Shown here: piece by piece, positions 18,964-27,359 of the stretch
Layout of the letters: each line of letters opens with the position of its first letter
Position numbering within the stretch: the first letter of the stretch is position 1
Source of the DNA: a virus
IMG/VR virus record: IMGVR_UViG_3300025874_000005
Location: 100,119 to 164,118 of that record
Strand: one strand, 5' to 3'
Length of the DNA stretch: 64,000 nucleotides
Position numbers and translations under genes: made by a program
Notes under the pieces: model-generated
What the model saw: the letters and a program-made list of their open reading frames with translations, nothing else
Database searches by the model: none
What the model was told of the DNA's origin: nothing

Positions 18964-19993
18964 CATAGTAGAAAAAATAATTGGCTTGATAAAAGAAGTT
19001 AAAAGAAAAGATATTGATCCAAAATTAATAACTTGGATTGAAGATAGATATGGTCCTTGGGATGATAGAGATTTTATATCTGATGATGGTGATACTTATT
19101 TTAAAACAGATGCTGATTATGAATCTGAAGGAGGTGGAATTTCACATAAAATAGTTAAATTGCCTTCATTTTCAGTATTAATCAAACAATTAAAAGCAAC
19201 TAGGGATGCTGCTAATGAATTAGTTAAAGGTGAATCTGTAAGAGATGATGAGATATTAAGAGATATATCTAATGAATTAAAAAGAGAATTTAATAGATTT
19301 AGAACTCATTTAAGAAAAGAATACCCAGCATTTTATGCTCAATTAAAATCTCAACTTACTAAAGAAGAATTAGAGGAAATGTCTACAACTGGCGGTGGAG
19401 CAGGTGCTGCTTCATTTACCCCGGGTACAGGAATGCAATATGCAACCCCATATGCTTTTAAAAAAGCTAAAAAAGCAGTGCAAAAAGAAGCATTACAACT
19501 AGTACATGTTTACGATAAAGATGGTAAAATGTATGGTACTGGATCAGTTGAAAAGGTAGAAGGGGATAAAACGACAGTTCGTTTTGATGGTAGTACAGTT
19601 AAAATATTTCCTAGCAATAGAGTAAAACTAGTAAAAGAGGATATTGGAGCAACATTAGGCCCAGGACCTAAAGCAGGTCCAGAAGGAGTAAAAGATAATG
19701 CATACGTAAAACAATTTAAATATAGTTTAGTACCTAAGAAAATAAAAGGATCTGGTTTAGAAGTTAAGCAGTTATTTGAAGCTGATGATGTAAAATCATT
19801 CCAACAAGAAAGAATAGCTGCTTTTGATGTAATTGAACAACAACTTAATGATATTTATAAGATGTTAAGCAATGCTAAAAATGAAACAGGGGATTATTAC
19901 ACAGAAAACCCTACATCATTTTCAGTTATAAAACCAACAGATCTAGTATTAGATTATATAAAAGATATAAAAGACTTATTAAAAGGAGAATAA
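18956..19993 (+). CDS. Modular hypothetical head protein
   Basis: 345 aa; EMSTTGG...QYATPYAF segment; small SH3-like stretch (GSVEKVEGDKTTVRFDG); xxE junctions. Confidence 0.55.
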   Translation: MDSIVEKIIGLIKEVKRKDIDPKLITWIEDRYGPWDDRDFISDDGDTYFKTDADYESEGGGISHKIVKLPSFSVLIKQLKATRDAANELVKGESVRDDEILRDISNELKREFNRFRTHLRKEYPAFYAQLKSQLTKEELEEMSTTGGGAGAASFTPGTGMQYATPYAFKKAKKAVQKEALQLVHVYDKDGKMYGTGSVEKVEGDKTTVRFDGSTVKIFPSNRVKLVKEDIGATLGPGPKAGPEGVKDNAYVKQFKYSLVPKKIKGSGLEVKQLFEADDVKSFQQERIAAFDVIEQQLNDIYKMLSNAKNETGDYYTENPTSFSVIKPTDLVLDYIKDIKDLLKGE

Positions 19994-21160
19994 ATGAAAA
20001 CATTACAAGAACAATACAACCAAATTAAAAAGGGAAAAGGCAGTAAGCATATTTTCCTTAAAGAAGTTAAAGCTAAATATCCTAATTTAGTACGTAATGC
20101 TGCAGGATTTGATGAAGCATCATCTGCTCTAATTGGTAGAAGCATTATAGCTGAAAACCTTTATGTAGGAACAGGAAACACTAAAAAACCAGACTGGTTT
20201 AAACTTTTTGATGACAACATGAACTTAATCTCTGAGGAAGAAGCTAAAGCTATAGAAAAAAAGGTAACAAAAGGAGTAACTGATTTACAAGCACCTGATA
20301 AAGGATACGATTATAAAGATGATAAAATGCTTAATAATGTATCTGGTGAGCAATTTCGTCAAGGATATTTTACAGAACTTACTTGTGTATCTAATAAAGA
20401 CAAAACTAAGGAAGAATTAATAGATTTAGTTATTAAAAATATTGATAAAAACCCCCTATATTATATTGAGGAAGCTCAATTTGGCATTAAAGGGATAGGA
20501 TATACTGAAGATGCACCCGCTTTAGGTAAAGGTAAAATGGTTAAAGATCCGGGTGTTGGTGGTGGATATGGTGAAGCTACAAAAAAAGACTTCCCAGAAG
20601 GTGAAGTAGGTACTGGTTATTTAGAAATTAAAGAAAACAAAATGATATCATTATTAAACTTATTAGAAAATAGTCCTTTAGGTGAAAAACCAAAGGCAAA
20701 AGTAAAAAAGAAAGTAAAAAAAGAAACAACAGATAGCAAATTAGCCGAGATTGAAAATAATGGTAGAATTGCTACTCTTGAGTTACAAATTAATGCCTTA
20801 GATGAAATCATTGAAAGTAAAAATGATAGAATTTCTATGGTATCCGAAGATGAAAGTTTATCTGAATTAGTAGATAAGAAAAAAATGAAAGAAATGCAAC
20901 GTGAAGTAAAAGTTCTTGAAAAGAAAAAAGCGGGCATGGAGAAAATGTATGAAAAGATGTGTGGTAAATCATACAAAAAAGTAGTTACTGAAATGGATCC
21001 TGAAGCATGGAAAAGACAAAATGGTCAAGATGCTGATTGGGCACCAAGAAATGAAGAAAGTAATGCTAACAGTAATGAAGGATCTAACGAAAATTCAAAC
21101 GAAAATTCAAACGATAATAAAGAATCATATTCAGGATTATCAAAATTTAGAACTGCATAA
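19994..21160 (+). CDS. Hypothetical head protein with MKTLQEQY leader and coiled coil
   Basis: 388 aa; C-terminal SNEN low-complexity repeat. Confidence 0.55.
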   Translation: MKTLQEQYNQIKKGKGSKHIFLKEVKAKYPNLVRNAAGFDEASSALIGRSIIAENLYVGTGNTKKPDWFKLFDDNMNLISEEEAKAIEKKVTKGVTDLQAPDKGYDYKDDKMLNNVSGEQFRQGYFTELTCVSNKDKTKEELIDLVIKNIDKNPLYYIEEAQFGIKGIGYTEDAPALGKGKMVKDPGVGGGYGEATKKDFPEGEVGTGYLEIKENKMISLLNLLENSPLGEKPKAKVKKKVKKETTDSKLAEIENNGRIATLELQINALDEIIESKNDRISMVSEDESLSELVDKKKMKEMQREVKVLEKKKAGMEKMYEKMCGKSYKKVVTEMDPEAWKRQNGQDADWAPRNEESNANSNEGSNENSNENSNDNKESYSGLSKFRTA

Positions 21161-21168
21161 AACATATT

Positions 21169-21771
21169 ATGAGTCAATTACTAATAGAAACACACGTATT
21201 TAAACCTAAGGGAGTCATTTTAAATGAATCACGCTCAAAACGAGGTTTACCCTTAGTTGAAGGAATATTAGCTACTGCTGAAGTAAAAAACGGTAATGGT
21301 AGGTATTATTCTAAAGAATTGTGGGATAGAGAAATTGACAAATATAGAGTATTAGTTGATGAAAATAGAGCAATGGGAGAATTAGACCACCCAGAATCCT
21401 CAGTAATAAATTTACAGAATGTATCACATAATATTTCTGAAATGTGGTGGGATGGAGATAATGTAATGGGTAAAATAGAAATTTTACCTACACCAAATGG
21501 TAATATACTCAAAGCATTAGTTGAAAGTGGGATTACAGTAGGTGTGTCTTCAAGAGGAATGGGTTCATTAGAACAAAAAGGTGAATTAATGGAAGTTCAA
21601 GATGACTTTGAATTATTATGTTGGGATTTTGTCTCAACACCATCTAACCCAGACTCATTTATGCATTTAGTAAGAGAAAATAAAGAATTTAAATCACAAG
21701 ATAAATATAAAAACGTAAATAATATATTAGGTGAAATATTATGTTCATACGGACATTGCCCTATATTATAG
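21169..21771 (+). CDS. gp21: Prohead core protease (T4 gp21-like)
   Basis: KNGNGRYY, GELDHP, VSH, GVSSRGMGS, DFVSTPS motifs. Confidence 0.93.
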   Translation: MSQLLIETHVFKPKGVILNESRSKRGLPLVEGILATAEVKNGNGRYYSKELWDREIDKYRVLVDENRAMGELDHPESSVINLQNVSHNISEMWWDGDNVMGKIEILPTPNGNILKALVESGITVGVSSRGMGSLEQKGELMEVQDDFELLCWDFVSTPSNPDSFMHLVRENKEFKSQDKYKNVNNILGEILCSYGHCPIL

Positions 21772-21797
21772 CTTAACAATACAACCCCTGATTCCTA

Positions 21798-21839
21798 GAA
21801 GAGGCGCACTCATTTTTTTGATGCGCCTTTTCGACTTTT
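21798..21839 (+). terminator. Hairpin, probable terminator after the protease gene
   Basis: GAAGAGGCGCA pairs with TGCGCCTTTTC; T-rich tail is imperfect. Confidence 0.6.
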
Positions 21840-21851
21840 ATACCTTTGCAT

Positions 21852-21861
21852 ATACGTATAA
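21852..21861 (+). promoter_or_regulatory. Late promoter variant ATACGTATAA upstream of the scaffold-capsid operon
   Basis: Two-mismatch variant, also at 50691-50700; follows the terminator-like hairpin. Confidence 0.5.
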
Positions 21862-21961
21862 TTGATAATATGTCATTTCTCATATGACATCAATAATTTT
21901 TTATTATAACCCCCATTACGTTTCTTAATAAACGTAGTTTCCCAACAAAAAATTTAGGAAA

Positions 21962-23119
21962 ATGAATAGAAACTTTTTACAAGAGGCTATCGCCGATGCT
22001 AAAGCAGTCAAAGAATCTGCAATAGCAAATGCTAAAGTCGCATTAGAAGAAGCTTTCTCACCTCAAGTTCAAGCCATGTTTGCTAGTAAACTAGAAGAAA
22101 TGGAAAAAGACGAAGAAGTGAATGAAGCTTATGATGATGTAGATGAAGCAAAAGATGATGAAATTTCAGAAAAGAAAGAGTACATGACCAAAAAGGAAAA
22201 GCGCGAAGGTGACGATCGTAAGTCTGATAATAAGGCTGAGACTGAAACTGAAAAAATGCGTAAAATCAAAGAGGAAGAAGAAATGGACTTAGACGAAATT
22301 TTAGCAGAGTTAGAAAAAGATGAAGATCTTAAAGAAAATGCTCGTACAGACGCTGAAGAAGAAGGCTACAAGGACGGTATGAAGGACGAAAAAGAGGACT
22401 TGAAAGAGGACGAACGTACGGATGCTGAAGAAGAAGGCTACTTAGACGGTGAAAAAGACGAGAAAGAAGACATGGATGATGAGGACGATGAAGATATCGA
22501 CCTTGAAGATATGTCAGAAGAAGACCTTAAGAAATTTATCGAAGACGTAATCGAAGATATGGTTAGTGCAGGTGAAATTGAAGCCGGCGAATCATTCGAA
22601 GATGATGTAGATGTTGATGTTGATGCAGATGGTGAAATTGAAATAGAAGATGATGAAGAAACTTCTGTAGATGTAGCTGAAGCTAAAGACGACATTGATG
22701 AATACGGTAAAGAAGAAATCGATGAAGCAAAAGACGAAATGGATGAAGTTAAAAAAGATTTAGATGAAGCAATGAAAACTGTTGCTACTTTAAGATCTGA
22801 ACTAAATGAAATCAATTTGTTAAATGCTAAATTACTTTACACAAACAAAGTGTTCCGCGGTAAAAATTTATCTGAAAACCAAAAGGTTAAAGTGTTAGGT
22901 GCTTTTGATAAAGCTGAAACAGTTAAAGAAGTAAAACTTGTATTTGAAACTATTAATAGTAGTGTTAAATCAAAAACTACAAATAATTCTATAAGCGAAG
23001 GCTTTAGAGCTAAAGGTAGTGCCTCAAATATGTCAGCTCCAAAAGTAACTAAAAAACAACCAATTGTTGAATCAGATGAAATGGTCGCTCGCTTTAAAAA
23101 ATTAGCTGGAATAATCTAA
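21962..23119 (+). CDS. Prohead scaffold/core protein (T4 gp22-like position)
   Basis: Very acidic and coiled-coil; between protease and major capsid; AIADAKAVKE N-terminus, LNEINLLNAKLLY, C-terminal RFKKLAGII. Confidence 0.75.
   Translation: MNRNFLQEAIADAKAVKESAIANAKVALEEAFSPQVQAMFASKLEEMEKDEEVNEAYDDVDEAKDDEISEKKEYMTKKEKREGDDRKSDNKAETETEKMRKIKEEEEMDLDEILAELEKDEDLKENARTDAEEEGYKDGMKDEKEDLKEDERTDAEEEGYLDGEKDEKEDMDDEDDEDIDLEDMSEEDLKKFIEDVIEDMVSAGEIEAGESFEDDVDVDVDADGEIEIEDDEETSVDVAEAKDDIDEYGKEEIDEAKDEMDEVKKDLDEAMKTVATLRSELNEINLLNAKLLYTNKVFRGKNLSENQKVKVLGAFDKAETVKEVKLVFETINSSVKSKTTNNSISEGFRAKGSASNMSAPKVTKKQPIVESDEMVARFKKLAGII
22328..22471 (+). repeat. 72-bp (24-aa) imperfect tandem duplication in the scaffold gene
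   Basis: LKENARTDAEEEGYKDGMKDEKED / LKEDERTDAEEEGYLDGEKDEKED. Confidence 0.85.
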
Positions 23120-23165
23120 TTAAGTAAAACAAAACAATTAATTATTAAATTTAAAAACGTAAAAA

Positions 23166-24806
23166 ATGAGTCAATTAAATTCTCTTTTAGAAAGCGCTAA
23201 TCCTTACAAGTCACTACAAAGTGATGCTGCAAGATTAGCCAACAAATGGAACAAGACAGGCTTGTTAGAAGGTATCGGAAACGAAACTGAGAAAAACAAT
23301 ATGTCTATGATCCTTGAAAACCAAGCTAAGCAATTAGTGATGGAAGAAAGTAACACCGGTGGTCCACTTCCTGGAGCAGGTACATTCACTCCTGGAACAG
23401 GAGCACAATGGGCAGGTGTAGCTTTACCACTAGTAAGAAAGGTATTTGGTCAAATCGCAGCGAAAGAATTCGTTTCGGTTCAACCAATGAATTTACCTTC
23501 TGGTCTAGTATTTTATCTAGATTTCCAATACGGAACTGCAGGTAAACAACCTTTTGCACAAGGCGGATCACTTTACGGTGATACTGACGGTAACTTACCA
23601 TTTGGTAATGGTGCTACAGGTGGTCTTTATGGTGCTGGTAGATTTGGTTATTCAATTAACAATACTCAATCTGCTGCTTATGCAGTAGCTTCTGGTTCTG
23701 TTGATTGGTATAGTGATTTGAATGCTGATTCTTCAGTATCTCAGTCTTATGTTGCAGGTGCTTCAGGTCAAATTGTAAAATTAACTGTCCCTTCTGCTTC
23801 ATTACCTAACTTTGATGAAAGAGCAGTAAGAGGTTTTTACCTTTCAGGTTCAGCTGCTGATTTACCAGCTTCTGCTACTCAATACCCACAATTTACTAAA
23901 ATCAATGGTGCAAACATTGAATTCTTTGTAGGTTCTGATGTTGTTGAAGCAGGTGCATTAAAAGTTGAGTATTTACTACAAACAAATGACGCTCAAAGAG
24001 GTGATTTTGAAGATGGTAATAACAACTTAAATGCTGACAACACTCCAATTTCAATTCCAGAAATCAATATTCAAATGCAGTCGGAAGCAATTGTTGCTAA
24101 GACTCGTAAATTGAAAGCTGTTTGGACTCCTGAGTTTGCTCAAGATCTTAACGCTTACCACTCTTTGGATGCTGAAGCTGAATTAACTTCAATTATGAGT
24201 GAGTATATCTCATTAGAAATTGATTTAGAAATTCTTGATATGTTGATCGAATCTGCTGCTGCTGGTACTGAGTACTGGAGTGCACAGAATAACTTAGCAT
24301 TAGCTTCAACAGGTGTTGTAGATTCAGATTTAGGTTTCTACAACTCACAAGGACAATGGTTCCAAACTTTAGGAACTAAAGTTCAGAAATTGAGTAATAT
24401 CATTCACCAGAAAACTCTAAGAGGTGGAGCTAATTTTATGGTATGTTCTCCAACAGTAGCTACAATTATCGAATCCATTCCAGGATTTGCTAGTACTTCT
24501 GATGGTGATGCTGCTAAAATGAGCTACGCATTTGGTGTACAAAAAGCAGGTACTATCAATTCAAGATACACAGTTTATAAGAATCCATACATGACTGAAA
24601 ATACCATTTTAATGGGCTTTAGAGGTGGACAATTCTTAGAAGCAGGTGCTGTATTTGCTCCATATATTCCGTTAATCATGACTCCATTAGTATACGATCC
24701 AAATACCTTTACTCCAAGAAAAGGTCTATTAACTCGTTACGCTAAGAAAGTCGTAAGACCAGAATTTTATGGTAAGATCTTCGTAGAAGGTTTAAACACT
24801 CTATAA
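23166..24806 (+). CDS. gp23: Major capsid protein (T4 gp23-like)
   Basis: LENQ, LPLVRKV, SVQPMNLPSGLVF, AKTRKLKAVWTPEFAQDL, LDAEAEL, APYIPL, PRKGLLTRY motifs. Confidence 0.96.
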   Translation: MSQLNSLLESANPYKSLQSDAARLANKWNKTGLLEGIGNETEKNNMSMILENQAKQLVMEESNTGGPLPGAGTFTPGTGAQWAGVALPLVRKVFGQIAAKEFVSVQPMNLPSGLVFYLDFQYGTAGKQPFAQGGSLYGDTDGNLPFGNGATGGLYGAGRFGYSINNTQSAAYAVASGSVDWYSDLNADSSVSQSYVAGASGQIVKLTVPSASLPNFDERAVRGFYLSGSAADLPASATQYPQFTKINGANIEFFVGSDVVEAGALKVEYLLQTNDAQRGDFEDGNNNLNADNTPISIPEINIQMQSEAIVAKTRKLKAVWTPEFAQDLNAYHSLDAEAELTSIMSEYISLEIDLEILDMLIESAAAGTEYWSAQNNLALASTGVVDSDLGFYNSQGQWFQTLGTKVQKLSNIIHQKTLRGGANFMVCSPTVATIIESIPGFASTSDGDAAKMSYAFGVQKAGTINSRYTVYKNPYMTENTILMGFRGGQFLEAGAVFAPYIPLIMTPLVYDPNTFTPRKGLLTRYAKKVVRPEFYGKIFVEGLNTL

Positions 24807-24827
24807 TCAATAGATTATAAATAAATT

Positions 24828-24858
24828 AAGAGCCCCGCGTCAGCGGGGCTTTTTTTTT
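24828..24858 (+). terminator. Intrinsic terminator after the major capsid gene
   Basis: AGCCCCGC-GTCA-GCGGGGCT followed by a T run. Confidence 0.92.
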
Positions 24859-24889
24859 GTTACTAGTGTGTACCTAGTAGGTAGTTAGT

Positions 24890-24910
24890 ATATTTATACT
24901 CGAATATTAA
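24890..24910 (+). promoter_or_regulatory. Late promoter variant with extended conserved downstream element
   Basis: ATATTTATACTCGAATATTAA; 19/21 identical to 54199-54219. Confidence 0.55.
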
Positions 24911-24927
24911 TTAAAATAGTTTTTAAA

Positions 24928-25842
24928 ATGAAAGAAACCCCTTCACAGTTACCGATTCAAAGTTATGTAATGAATTTCCCACATACTTTCTCAACAAATG
25001 ACCCTAATAACGTTTGGATGAAAGAAATGTCCGATAAAGAGTTAGCTATAAATAGACCTAAAGCATACAAACAATTTATGGATTTGTATAATTTTATGGC
25101 TGGTCAATCATTAGTACATTTGTTACCTGCAGAAGGTAATTTTCAAGATTTAATATACGTTGCTAATTTAGGGTTACAATTACCCCACATTAAAGATGAA
25201 AACCATATTTTATTATCAAATTATACTTCACCTCCAAGACAGGGTGAAGAATATGTTGGTGAAAAATTCTTTAATCAAATGGGTTATAAAACCCACATTT
25301 CTCCCCATAAATGGGAAGGGGAAGCAGATATAAAATATCTAAAAGATAATGTTTATATTGGGGGGTATGATATAAGATCAGATATTAAAACCTACCACTG
25401 GATGGAAGAAAATTTTGATATGAAAGTAATCAAAGTTAAAATGGTTGATGAATATATGTATCACTTAGACTGCAGTATCTTCCCGTTAAATACGCGATCA
25501 ACTATGGTTTGCACTGAGTTATATGATAAAACAGAGTTAGCGCAAATAAGCAAATATACAAATATAATAGATATAAATGCTGATGATTCTACTTATGGAA
25601 TGGCCAATTCTGTTAGATTAGGAAACATGATATTATGTGCCTCAAACATTTCAGAATTAAAAAAATCAGATGAATTTTATGAGGGTGAAAAACACAAAAT
25701 TGAATCATTAGAAAAAATATGTTCTGACGAGGGGATGGAACCTGTTATATTTAATTTATCTGAATATATGAAATCTGGAGCTATGTTAAGTTGTATGGTA
25801 ATGCATTTAAATAGAGTTGATCACTTTAAATCACTTCTTTAA
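24928..25842 (+). CDS. Amidinotransferase/pentein superfamily enzyme (arginine dihydrolase ArgZ N-domain / DDAH-like)
   Basis: NNVWM, DLIYVANLG, RQGEE, WEG, YHLD, LSEYMKSGAMLSC with the catalytic Cys. Confidence 0.85.
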   Translation: MKETPSQLPIQSYVMNFPHTFSTNDPNNVWMKEMSDKELAINRPKAYKQFMDLYNFMAGQSLVHLLPAEGNFQDLIYVANLGLQLPHIKDENHILLSNYTSPPRQGEEYVGEKFFNQMGYKTHISPHKWEGEADIKYLKDNVYIGGYDIRSDIKTYHWMEENFDMKVIKVKMVDEYMYHLDCSIFPLNTRSTMVCTELYDKTELAQISKYTNIIDINADDSTYGMANSVRLGNMILCASNISELKKSDEFYEGEKHKIESLEKICSDEGMEPVIFNLSEYMKSGAMLSCMVMHLNRVDHFKSLL

Positions 25843-26609
25843 TGGCTGAAAAACTAGAAGACTGGTTAAATGGAGAAGTTGCAGAATTATCTAAAAAGTC
25901 TGTAGGAGAGTTAAGTAATAATTTTTTCTTTAGAGATCCATTAAGGCCAACACATATAGATTATAAGCATTTTTATAGCCCAGCAGATGGAACTATTTTA
26001 TATCAAAAAGTAGTACAACCTGGTGATCAAGTTTTAGAAATAAAAGGTGTTGATTACACACTTCAAGATGTAATGGGAGATCGTGATTATAATCACCCTT
26101 CTTTAGTTATTGGAATATTTATGTCATTTTATGATGTACATATTAATAGAATTCCATACGGGGGTGTACTTAAATATAAACGTTTGGAGCCTATTGAATC
26201 TACTAATCAACCTATGTTAGCTGTAGAGAAGGATATATTAAATAAAGTAATTAATCCTAACAACATGGCATATTTAAAATACAATGAAAGAATGTCTAAC
26301 CAAGTGTATGTTCCCTCTTTGGATTATACATACCATTTAATACAAATTGCCGATGAAGATGTAAATGTAATAGCCCCTTTTAAACAACAAAATGATCTTT
26401 GTGTCCAAAACGAAAGATTCAGTTTAATTAGATGGGGTTCCCAAGTAGATTTAGTTCTACCTCTAGATTCTAGATATGAGTTTGAGACTGTATTAGATAA
26501 TACAATGCATGTAAATGCTGGTCTTGATAAATTAATTAAAATAAACCACACTCAAAAATGCCTTCAAAACCCCACACAGACGAAGTACACAGAAAACAAA
26601 GAACTGTGA
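25842..26609 (+). CDS. psd: Phosphatidylserine decarboxylase-family pyruvoyl enzyme
   Basis: FFFR, YSPADG, IFMSFYDVHINRIP, RWGSQVDL self-cleavage motif; no N-terminal hydrophobic anchor visible. Confidence 0.8.
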   Translation: MAEKLEDWLNGEVAELSKKSVGELSNNFFFRDPLRPTHIDYKHFYSPADGTILYQKVVQPGDQVLEIKGVDYTLQDVMGDRDYNHPSLVIGIFMSFYDVHINRIPYGGVLKYKRLEPIESTNQPMLAVEKDILNKVINPNNMAYLKYNERMSNQVYVPSLDYTYHLIQIADEDVNVIAPFKQQNDLCVQNERFSLIRWGSQVDLVLPLDSRYEFETVLDNTMHVNAGLDKLIKINHTQKCLQNPTQTKYTENKEL

Positions 26610-27292
26610 AGAACCCAATAAAATTCAAAATAAGTTTAAACGAGGAACAAAAAGAAGCCAAACAAAAAATATTAGATAACACATTAACCCTATTAGCCGG
26701 AAGAGCAGGATCTGGAAAAACACTCCTAGCATGTCAAGTTGCTTTAGATGGTCTTATACGAAGACACTATTCAAAAATAATCATTACTAGACCTACAGTT
26801 TCAAAAGAAGAAATAGGATTTTTACCTGGGGATTTAAGAGAAAAAATGGATCCTTGGATTCAACCTATTTACCAAAATATGTATGCCTTATATGATAAGG
26901 TAAAAGTAGAAAAATTAATTGAGGATGGCAAAGTAGAAATAGTTCCTTTAGCATTTATGAGAGGAAGAACCTTTTTAGACTCTTGTATTATTGTAGATGA
27001 AGCTCAGAATGTTACTCATGAACAAATGGAAATGATTTCAACCCGAATAGGATTAAGATCAAAAATGATTATTTGTGGTGATGACCACCAAGTTGATTTG
27101 AAATCAAAACGAGAATCTGGTTTTAGATTTTTATACTCAGCAGCTCGTAAAGTAAAAAATATGTGTTCTATTACTTTAATGCAAAATCATAGAGACCCAA
27201 TTGTGGATAACTTGATTGAAATTTATGAAGAAGCTGAAAGTAGGGGGATTATTAAAGGATCCTCCGGCACTAGCGGAAAAGCTAGGCGATAG
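26558..27292 (+). CDS. phoH: PhoH-family ATPase
   Basis: GRAGSGKT, TRP, IGFLPGDLREK, FMRGRTF, DEAQN, GDDHQVD, HR motifs. Confidence 0.95.
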   Translation: MPSKPHTDEVHRKQRTVKNPIKFKISLNEEQKEAKQKILDNTLTLLAGRAGSGKTLLACQVALDGLIRRHYSKIIITRPTVSKEEIGFLPGDLREKMDPWIQPIYQNMYALYDKVKVEKLIEDGKVEIVPLAFMRGRTFLDSCIIVDEAQNVTHEQMEMISTRIGLRSKMIICGDDHQVDLKSKRESGFRFLYSAARKVKNMCSITLMQNHRDPIVDNLIEIYEEAESRGIIKGSSGTSGKARR

Positions 27293-27304
27293 TCCTAAAA
27301 ATTT

Positions 27305-27336
27305 AAAAGGGGCTTAGCAATTAAGCCTCTTTTTTT
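27305..27336 (+). terminator. Intrinsic terminator after phoH
   Basis: AAAAGGGGCTTA-GCAAT-TAAGCCTCTTTT followed by further T residues. Confidence 0.8.
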
Positions 27337-27338
27337 AT

Positions 27339-27348
27339 ATATTTATAA
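27339..27348 (+). promoter_or_regulatory. Putative late promoter motif ATATTTATAA
   Basis: Exact copy directly after the terminator, 11 nt before ATG 27360. Confidence 0.7.
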
Positions 27349-27359
27349 CAAAAATAATT

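Noticed and set aside
21021-21203. 60-aa + strand ORF overlapping the end of the 388-aa gene
   Set aside because: Alternative frame over a low-complexity 12-bp repeat, overlapping two better-supported genes
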